From NCBI RefSeq assembly GCF_009914755.1, contig NC_060926.1: a stretch of 64,000 nucleotides of DNA; one strand, 5' to 3'. This stretch comes from the human T2T-CHM13v2.0 reference genome, Homo sapiens. The position numbers and the translations under genes are program-made. The first letter of the stretch is position 1; the number at the start of each line of letters is the position of its first letter. Under the pieces are notes generated by a model. It saw nothing but the letters and a program-made list of their open reading frames with translations. It was not told where the DNA came from and did no database searches. Shown here in pieces: positions 53,888-64,000 of the stretch.

Positions 53888-56431
53888 CTAGAAAGACAAA
53901 GCGTTTTTTGTCCTAGAGGTCACACCTGGATTTTGCATCTGTTAAAATTTCATCTGCATGATGCCCTCCAAGGTATTGTTAAAGTCTGGAATTTGGACAT
54001 TAAATCCATCCTCTGTACTCTGCATTTCCTTGTACAGTATCTTAAGGAGCATGAGGAAATCAAGATGTCCTTTACATATCCATGTCAAGATGTTGATTCT
54101 GAATGCTGCCGTCTCTTTGATTCAGAATTAGATGCTAGCATGTTTGATGCTCGCGTTATCTCTGCTTGTCCAATCTAGATGGAAGTTGTGGCATTGATTC
54201 TTGTTTTCCTAATAACATTAGAAGGTTTTTGAAGTCACACTTCAACTACCAAGTACTGTAGCAGGGTACTGACATTTCAGTGCGTTTTGATTTGTGTCAT
54301 GGTTGTAGGAGAATACAGGTACTGATCAATAGAAACATTTATTGACTTAAGAATATAAATAAGTCAGCAGCATGATTTTTATAGAGAGACTTGACTTACT
54401 TATTGAAATTTGGGGTTTATAGAAAAATTAATTTATTGGCTGCTTATATGCTTTACAAGATAACTTACAATAGGTTTTCTTTAGTATATATACGATATAG
54501 TGTCCTTATTTCAGAAATATATGTGTTGCACAATGAAATTTACATTCCATCAGTGTATCTTCCCTTTATGTGTAAAAATATTGAACAAAATTGAGTTCAC
54601 TATTGGTCCTCTATATGCCATTTTTCTCTTAAGCTTAGATCATCACTGTTTAACGTTTCCTAATTTATGGTCTTCTCTTGCATTCAAGGCCAAAACAATA
54701 ATCACCTTTTTATGGAATGTGGCTATTGCTACATTTAACAGGTCTTTGCAAGGTTCTCATTTGTGAAGTATGCCATATTGCGGCTTCATAATCTTTCTGG
54801 CTACAACAATGTAAAATTACCCTACACCCTCTTCTCCCAACCCAGGAAAAGGCTACAGCTGAAATAATTAAAATCCATACGGTTAATGATCTGTGCCTTC
54901 TGCAAGGTGGCGCATTACTGTCTCTAACGATGTTTAATAGCTCATAACATTCAATACACTTAATCATTAGTTACTGACATTTCTAGTACTTTTGCATACT
55001 GAACATATCTTGATAGGGCAAATATTACATTGGAAAAGACTTAATTATCTACCTTGGGAAAGAACACTGACCAAATGAGGACACATTTGGAGCTGCTCTT
55101 GCCACTGAATTAGGGTTGTCACAGAACCATGTGGCTATAGTGGGATTTTGTTAGGTGAGGAGAGTTTGATTTGCTGGTGTCACATTGGGATTTATTGGCC
55201 TCACAGCAACAATGGCACTGAGACCAGAGTCCCTGACTGGGATGTCAGGAGACAGGGATGCTGACCCCCACCAACCACCTGACCACGGCACTTGGGCTTC
55301 TGTGTCTTCATGTGTGAGATGAGAAAGGGGTGCTGAATGATGCCTGAGGAGTTTTCATCCGGATCTGAAATTCACCAGTCTCAACATCACTTCAGAGGCA
55401 GTGGCCCCATCAGACTGCTGTCATTTTGCACCTAATTTATTGTTTTCTGAGAGTTTCTGGAAAAACCTAAAGAATGATAAAGAGACCATGGAGCCCACTA
55501 CCCTTGGTAGAAAGACAAAGGGACAGGCAGCCTTCTTATTTTATAATATTTACATAGTTTTGGTATGGCTTGCATGATAGGGTTTTTTTTTTTTTTAATA
55601 AGCAGATAAGGCTTTCTTCTGAATACTGCTTATTTAAGCCAAATATTATCTTGTTTTTTGATAACAAGACCTGAATAGTACCAAGCACTGCTGTAACTGC
55701 TTGGTGCTTAAAGTGTCCACAGGAGGTAGCTTATTTTAATGCAGATTCTGCTTGAGAAAAGACAGGACTTCAGCATCCCTGAGCCTTAGAGAAAAATTCT
55801 GATTGTTGATTGTTGACCTTTTCCCCAATCACAGATTTCAGTCATAGCCACCCTGGGGTGAAATGCATGTATAGCTCTCTCATATTCTTGATAGTTTCCA
55901 AAAAAGTGTTAAGACTTTTTCCTTCTTGCTAGCAAAGGCCTATGTGGGCAAAACAGAGGAGAAGCAAAGGAGTTGCTCCTTTCACTAGAACTTTCCTTTA
56001 GCAAATGTTTTGGTTTCCTTGCTACTTCCTGAACTTAGAAATCCAACTAAAAGTTCAAACATGAAAAAGAAGAAAGTATTTCAATTATTTTATTGTAGAG
56101 TGTATAGCATCTGGGATTTCATTTGTCTTTTCTCCCTGCTTCAGTATCAATTCAATATGGTTCAAAATGTAAAGTGCCAGGCAGGCGTTCCTTTCCTCCT
56201 CTCGACAGCATTCCTTGAGGGAATATACCTTGTCAACCGATGTAAGGTATGATTAAAGAAATTAATGTGCTACAATTATGATTTCTTCACTGATTAAGCT
56301 TACAGGTCAAGGAAGGAGGGAAAACTCAAATGCATGCATGCACAGGGAGTCACAAATCATCCCTAACATGTGACAATAAGGAGTGGTGGAGGCTGGGAAT
56401 AATTGGAGAAGTGTCTTTGTTTAGGTCCTTG

Positions 56432-56770
56432 TTCCTTCCCTTCCTCCCTCCTACCCTCCCTTCCTCCATCCTTCCCTCTCTCCCTTCCTTTCTTCCTTCA
56501 TCCCTCCCTCGCTCCCTCTGTATCTCTCTCCCTCTGTTTCTCTCTCCCTCCCTTTCTCCTTCCCTCCTTTTCTCCTTCCTCCCTCCCTCCCCCCTCCCTT
56601 CCTTTCTTCCTTCATCCCTCCCTCCCTCCCTCTCTCCCTTCCTTTCTTCCTTCATCCCTGCCTCCCTCCCTCTGTTTGTTTCTCCCTCCCTCCCTTTCTC
56701 CTTCTCTCCCTCCCTCTCTCCCTCCCTCCCTTCCTTCCTTTCTTTCTCCCTTGCTTGCTTCCTTCCTTCC
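56432..56770. repeat. ~340-bp C/T-rich (CCTT/CCCT)n low-complexity tract
   Basis: Nearly pure pyrimidine on the + strand. Confidence 0.95.
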
Positions 56771-56894
56771 TATACTCTGTAAACTGAATAACATAATTTA
56801 CTAGTCTTCAACTCCTAATACAGGTGCAGACAGACATATGTAAACAAATAATTTTCACAGAGTAAACAGGATGTTAAAATAAAGATATTTCTAA

Positions 56895-57155
56895 AGCACT
56901 GGTTTTAAGAGGATAGACCGCAGAGCCAGACAGATTTTGAATGCCTACTTCACCACTTACCATCTGTTTGACCTTGGGCAAATAACCTTAATAATCTTTC
57001 TTTTCTGTGTTCAGTTTCCTCAGATAGAAAGGGTGACAATGAGAACACTTCCTTCATCAGATTCTCTTCAGTAGTAAAAGAGTTGATACAGGTTAAGCTC
57101 TTTGAGCAGAACTTGGCACATTGTGAGCTCTTAAAAAGAGAGCTATTATTATTAT
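56895..57155 (+). mobile_element. MIR
   Basis: ccacttaccatctgtttgaccttgggcaaataacctta...tctgtgttcagtttcctca. Confidence 0.85.
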
Positions 57156-57992
57156 AGATGAAAGAGTTACATGCTAAAATATTAAGTCCAGATAGATACA
57201 GCCTAATGAAATCCTAAAGTGGAAGGAATCTTGGACCACCCTGCTACACCACCCCCTTGCTGCTGGAACCATCCCAGAAGAAGACATTCCTATGTTTGCA
57301 AATGTAGTTAGAGCAGAGGCCCTCAGCCACATCAACACCTGCTTACCTCATCTTTTCAACACATTATCCAACTCTGCCTGATTCTTATCAAAGAACCACT
57401 CACTTATTTCTTCCAAGAAAAGGAGCCAAGAGGCATGATGTAATGCATCCAGATCTTCTGTGGTGACCTTGTAACTTCTGTGGTGTTGTCCACCTTGGCC
57501 ATTCATTTAACATTTAAGTTTGTTTTGTCTCAAATGAAGATATTTTCCCACCTTGCTTTGAAAATGAGCTGACCAGACCTGTAAGTGGTTTTCAAGTATT
57601 ACATTGCCTTACAGACTCTACAAAATAATCAAAATGATAAAATGTTCTGAAGTTGGACATTGTTGACTGAATTACCGTTTTAAGATTCTGTTATGTATTT
57701 TCCTTCACAGTCTCTGTAAGTGTGTGAGCTCAATCGGGATGCACAGTTTGAGTTGCAGAACTGGCTAAGGCTTTGGGAACCTGTGGTCAGTTTCCCTCAC
57801 TAATGTTGCTTTCCTCTCTAAAAACATGTTTTAGTTTCTGCATTGCTCTACAAGATCCGTTTTTCAGAATCCTTTAAGATCTGTACTTCATGGAAAATAC
57901 ATGTGAAAAAGGTTGTTAGGCAGGTGTCGGTTATCATGAAAAGGGAACAAACTGGTTAAGAGGATTGGAAATTTTTGCCCTTTTTCTCATCC

Positions 57993-58328
57993 TTTTTTTT
58001 CTTTTTCTTTTTCATTTTTTTCTTTTCCTTTTTTTTTTTTTTTTTTTTTTGAGACAGAATCTCACTCTGTCGCCTAGACTGCAGTGCAATGGTATGATCT
58101 CTGCTTACTGCAACCTACGCCTCCCAGACTCAAGAGATACTCCTGTCTCAGCCTCCTGAGTAGCTGGGATTACAGGTGCCCACCACCACAACTGGCTAAT
58201 TTTTGTTTAGTAGAGATGGGGTTTCACCCTGTTGGCCAGACTGGTGTCAAACTCCTGACCTCAAATGATCTGCCCGCCTCAGCCTCTCGAAGTGCTGGGA
58301 TTACAGGTGTGAGCCACAACACCCGGCC
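57993..58328 (-). mobile_element. AluSx/Sz
   Basis: Full Alu; degenerate TSD tctcatc(c)tttt. Confidence 0.93.
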
Positions 58329-58850
58329 TTCTCTCATCTTTTCTAAGAATTCTGTAATACAGGGAGAAATATAAAAAACATGAACTATCAGTATATGTTG
58401 GATAATTTATGTAATTAGATAAAGGATAATTACGCATTTAGACAAAAGATGATATGCAGTTGTAGCTATTATGTGTGAAAACTGCTGGTTAAAAACATAT
58501 GCATACAGAACTGTCTAGAAGCTAGCTCATCGGATGTTGTCCTTGGTTATTAAGATGTGAATGCTCTTTTGGCTTCTTTTAATTGTATTTTTTTAGTTCT
58601 CTTAAGGAGCACATATTTATTTTATAGCAAAAATGTTGACAATGTAAATTACCATGGAAGGTATAGGAAATACATTGCAATTCCTTTCCCTACGTGGCTT
58701 TTCATGTCTTAATCTGCTCTTATTCTGGCTGTTTCATTACATTTGCTCTGTGGTTTGCCTTTTTCTTCATTTTCATTCTCACACTAGTTCCAGTTTTCAT
58801 CATTTGATTCCAGGGAGTAAGTCCAATACTTGCCATTGCTGAAAGAGTGA

Positions 58851-59648
<798 letters not shown>

Positions 59649-59937
59649 AAAAAGACGAGTTAAATCCTCTTCAGCCTCTAAGATCATCAACGATTCTGAG
59701 GTTTTCATTTTCTTCACCCAGCACTCTTTGAATCTTGCTTTTCACCACACATTTTTCCTTGCTTCTCACAGTTTTTCAGCAGTTCAGTTGTCAAGCATTT
59801 AGAGTGCTGACCTTACATGCAGGCCCCTCCTTCAAGGAAAGAGCCACAGGATATTTGTGCCATTTTGGTTCATGACCTGATTCCTACCTGATGTTTTTGT
59901 TCCTAAAACTCTGCCTTCCACATGCCATACTTTTCTT

Positions 59938-60253
59938 TTTTCCTTTTATTATTTTTCTTTTTTTTTTTTTGAGATGGAATTTCACTCTTGTTGCCCATGT
60001 TGGAGGGCAATGGCGTGATCTTGGCTCACCGCAACATTCACCTCCCGGGTTCAAGTGATTCTCCTGCCTCAGCCTCCTGAGTAGCTGGGATTACAGGCAT
60101 GTGCCACCATGCCTGGCTAATTTTGCATTTTTAGAAGAGATGGGATTTCTCCATGTTGGTCAGGCTGGTCTTGAACTCCCGACCTCAGGTGATCCACCCG
60201 CCTTTGCCTTCCAAAGTGCTGGGATTACAAGGTGTGAGCCACCGCGCCCAGCC
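59938..60253 (-). mobile_element. AluSp
   Basis: tttcactcttgttgccc, ctcaccgcaac, tttctccatgttggtcagg diagnostics; 17-bp TSD catgccat(a/c)cttttctt. Confidence 0.95.
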
Positions 60254-60599
60254 CATGCCATCCTTTTCTTGTGTTTATTATTACTGGCATGCATCATTCC
60301 ACATTTGAATTGATCTTACCTCAAGCTGATGCACAATTATGGATTCATCCCAGTGCTTTCAGGGTAGCCTAGGAACCAGAATAAGCACTGATTTAAAAGC
60401 AGAGCACCATTTTTTTTTATATATATTCTATCTTCAAACAATAAGTACTTTTATTGAGCATATGTTGTCTTGCTTCTAAGGAAGAAACACAAGAAGTGAA
60501 ACCAACCAAAATATACACTTTTAAACCTGTAACCAGGAGATCACCAACTCTTCTTACTGCATTTTGGATGCTTGAAGTGGTTGTGATAGTAGTGGTATT

Positions 60600-60825
60600 A
60601 ATGAATAATGATCACCCGTTATGGGTAAGGCCCCATGTTGGGTGCTTTGAATGCATCGTCTCTAATTTTAACTCTCATGGCAGTCTGTGAGGCAGCTGTC
60701 ATTATTTTCCCTGTCATTTTACAGTTGACTGGACTGAAATACAAAGGTTGAATAAGCACTAGCTCACATATTTGGTAATAGTTGGGGTGGAGTCGAGATC
60801 TGAACCCAGGTCAATGTGACTTTGT
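60600..60825 (-). mobile_element. MIR
   Basis: tttaactctcatggcagtctgtgaggcag...cattttacag...gagatctgaacccaggtc. Confidence 0.8.
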
Positions 60826-61199
60826 TTATCCTTTTTCATCCATGAGTTAATACATGTAAAGCTTTTAGAACAATACTTATATAATAAGCCTTTATATAGA
60901 AGCACTACATACATGTTAAAATTGTTATTTTCCGTTGGTCCCTTATTTGGTAATGTTAATTTTTCTTCTTTTCAGCAGGTTGTAGTGGCTAGAGGACATC
61001 AAAGGCTTTACCGTAGAAATGTTGCTCTGAGTTAGGTCTATAATCAAGTACATGAGATTGAACAAGAATGTATATAAAAGAAGCAGGCAGATCTCTTGTA
61101 CCCTCTCTTCACTGCCCCATTTCCCTCTTACACATGCATACTATTTCTTAGCGAAATATTTCAATCTTATAGAAAAAGCACTTTTCTCTACATTCCTGG

Positions 61200-61750
61200 G
61201 AAAGTAGCTAATTTTATCCTGATAAACTTGCTTATCAGTTTGCTTCAGTAATCTTAAAGCTGCAGGGACTAAGACCTATTAAAATTATAGCTGATTTGAG
61301 GTTGCCTTTCCTTTGGAATCCTTATCAACATGAAATCACTTGTATCTGCTTAAAATGAGCTTTTAGTTTAATTTGCGTTGAATGAAATCATCTTCTATTT
61401 ATCTTAGAATAATCTCAGAATTTAGTGTGAGTTTTCCATCCAGAAAGGCAGATGGCATTTTCTAATGTGGGTCTCTCTCTCTCTCTGTCTTTCTCTTTCT
61501 TTCTCTCTCTCTCTGTCTGTCTCTTCCCTGTCTCCCTCTCACGGACATCTGCTGAGCCACTCTTGGGGTGCCTGCCGTGGGCCCCAGGTTGATTAGCTCC
61601 ACCTAAGATCTCTGCACTGACACGTGTCACCCATCGGCTTTGAAGCAGTAGTGCTGACCAGATGGTTGGCATCTGCATGAAATGCCAGTACACTTCTGCC
61701 AGATGCCCGATGGTGCCGCTAGGACAGATGGAAGGAGTCGTTCTAGGCCC
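61200..61750. promoter_or_regulatory. Candidate enhancer: clustered CAGATG E-boxes and GATA sites
   Basis: Six CAGATG/CATCTG in 61449-61730, palindrome TGACACGTGTCA, four WGATAA/WGATAR in 61220-61404; motif evidence only. Confidence 0.4.
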
Positions 61751-63039
61751 TCCAGAGCCCCTCGTTCTGGCAAGACCTGTCTTCTGGAATGATGTTGGTT
61801 CATTCCGAATGTTCAATCTCAACTTGAAAATATATTGGATTAGGCATGGTTCTTCAAGTAGTGCACAAGCTCCACCTGCAGGGAAGGGGTGTGACTGCCC
61901 TCTCCTCCTGGGGATCTCTGTTCTGCCAATAGCCCTACCTGAGTGACCTACTTTTAACCATGCTAGGGCTCATACCGATTTCACCTGCAGGAACTGGGAT
62001 CAACCATGTAGCTACCTGGGTTCGTGTGCAGAATAAATCTCCCTTTCCCTTGAATAAGTGGATCTATTTCAACAGTAGCTGACTTACCTATTAATATCTT
62101 ACACAAATTTGTCTAGCTCTACTTGTGGCACTTTTGTCAATAGTTTGTTGGATTTACCTTGGTGTATAATGTTCTTTCTACTTGCACTGTATAAAGTAGG
62201 GAAAAGGTGGCTTTCTTTCTCCCACCACACAGATATTTGCCAATGACTTTTTTTATTTGTGAGGAGGAGAGGCAAGAGGAGGAGATGTATGTAACCCTGT
62301 GGCAAGGGTAGGACACTTGGATTGAGCTCTAGGACCATACATCTTGAAAATTCATCATTGTGCCACTAGAGTAGTGAATTTTTAAGTTTCTCCCATGCTG
62401 TTGTTATATATCAAGCTATTTGTGTGTGCCTAGGCAAAAAGGCTAAGCTGGTTAGCAATATAAAATGCTTATTGTAGATGGTAGCCTCTTTTAAAAATCC
62501 AACAGTGCAATATATTTCCTTACACACCCACATTCCCGAGTATAAAAAGTATCACTGTGAGGGTTTAAATAACTACCACACTAGCTGAGAGAATTACTTT
62601 ATATTCTGATCGGCCTATAAAATGGTAAGAGGTGTTTTTTATTTTTTCTTATGACTAGGACTAATTACAGGATGCACAGACTTTCCATGCTATCATTGGC
62701 TTCATTTAAATGAGCTAGATTTTGCTTAGTAGGTGAGTAGTAATCATTACTACAAAAATTGAATAAATTGTTTGATCTTGAGTTAAAAAATCTGTCATAT
62801 TAACTGTACTCTTCAAGTTTATTGAAGCTTTTATACCCCTGTGTACACTCTGCTATATGAAGCTCCATTTATGGTTTCTCACAGTTTTCACTCCCCAAAG
62901 TGGATATCCACCCACTGATTTGGTTATCAGTCTCAATCCTTGTTAATTATCTCTTTGTTTCCCACTCCTGGGTCCCTTGATGCAAATATATACCTGACTC
63001 TTGTATCGTGTCAGCCCTCATCGTCAGCTTGAACCTTTT

Positions 63040-63740
63040 GTCTGGTCTTCACATCTAATCAGCCCTTAGATCGGTTGGTTGTGTCACACAGATGCATTTT
63101 ATACTCCCTCTCCCATCTCCTTGGTCCAGGCTCTCACCACTGCTCTCTCAGACTAAAACTGCATTTACCCTATTAACTGACTTCTCTGTCCTGGTCTTTT
63201 TCCCCTCCAGTTTATTTTATGTAATATGACTAAAATAATCTTCCAAAAATAAAAATCTATTATTGTAACTTCCCACCCTGCTGAGGGTAAAATCCAAACC
63301 TCTTACATGGTGTTCTAGGCATTACTGCCTCTCTCCAGCCCCCTTCCTCATGGGTTCTTCCAGAGAACTGCAGGTCTCTGTACTCAGCATGGGGCTCCAG
63401 GCTTCAGAGCCCACAAAGTGTTCATGCTGCCTGAGATCCCCTCCCCACCTTTGTTTTCCTGGTGAACACCTCTTTCTTTTTTGCATCCCATTAAAATGGA
63501 CAGCTTCCCCCCGGTCTCACAATAAATGAGCAAATACCTCTCCCCTCTGTGTTGCCTACTTTCTTAATCTTGTCTCTTATGGCACTTAATTACTGTATTC
63601 TGATTATGTGTTGACATACCTGTTTACTCATGAGACTTTGAACTCCTTGTGCCTGGGTATTCTTAGTCAACTTTGTAATGGCAGAGCCTAGTACAGAATC
63701 TGACACAAGTGTGTGTTTAGTAAACATTTGTTTAATTGGT
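63040..63740 (+). mobile_element. L2 3' fragment
   Basis: ggtaaaatccaaacctcttacatgg; gcctagtacagaatctgacaca...agtaaacatttgtt. Confidence 0.75.
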
Positions 63741-63831
63741 TTAGTTCTCTTCTAAATGTTTTCTATATTGGCAAATTGGTTACTAAGAGGATTAGAAGAT
63801 TGGATCTTGGGTGCCTCTATGATGTGTTCTT

Positions 63832-63995
63832 GTCTGATTAGCTCAATTAAGAGTACAGTGTTAATGAGGCCAAGGTCTTAACTTTCAATTCCATGTGGAA
63901 CAATTTGTACCTCGACTGTCAGTAACTTCAATGAGTTGCATGGTAAGTTGCCTGGTATCATTGGTTCCAAGGCAAATGCAGAGAGAGGATGATTA
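63832..63995 (+). mobile_element. Ancient tRNA-derived SINE (MamSINE1-like)
   Basis: gtctgattagctcaattaagagtacagtgttaatgaggccaaggtc aligns to a tRNA-Ile(AAT)-like head; cattggttccaagg...gagagaggatg resembles the recalled body. Confidence 0.6.
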
Positions 63996-64000
63996 AGCTC

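Noticed and set aside
53926-54208. Possible minus-strand exon
   Set aside because: Weak acceptor, non-optimal donor, and opposite to the inferred transcription direction
56330-56804. 150/133/101-aa Pro/Ser/Leu- or Arg/Glu/Gly-rich ORFs
   Set aside because: Stop-free by-products of the polypyrimidine tract
61415-61946. 135-aa and 94-aa ORFs
   Set aside because: Include (GA)n translation, no homology recognised; raised GC explains the ORF length
63832-63902. tRNA-Ile gene
   Set aside because: T-loop/B-box degenerate (actttcaatt), D-loop deletion and unpaired stems; better explained as a SINE head

Overview
Primate (very likely human) AT-rich non-coding DNA. I find no recognisable protein-coding gene, CpG island, functional RNA gene or CRISPR array. 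The ORF track is explained by Alu/L1/LTR/low-complexity sequence or chance. The only ORFs with real protein homology are dead LINE-1 ORF1/ORF2 fragments. Content: about 23 Alu pieces, about 10 L1 fragments, 8 solo LTRs (MER9, THE1, MLT1 x2, MLT2A1, LTR16-, LTR33-, LTR67B-like), DNA-transposon remnants (MADE1, MER5A, Tigger4b, MER94, hAT-Tip100), MIR/L2 and a MamSINE1-like element. L1s and LTRs lie mostly on the minus strand, suggesting an intron of a plus-strand transcription unit. The best leads are: (i) a CAGATG E-box plus GATA cluster at 61.2-61.75 kb (candidate enhancer); (ii) an L1PA with an inverted ORF1/ORF2-junction piece and an unusually large internal gap, inside a nested TE stack; (iii) a locally templated insertion inside an old LTR; (iv) an MLT2A1 LTR with DUX4-like motifs; (v) a few plus-strand candidate exons. 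I see no convincing novel biological system. Repeat subfamily names come from recalled consensus sequences and need RepeatMasker/Dfam confirmation.
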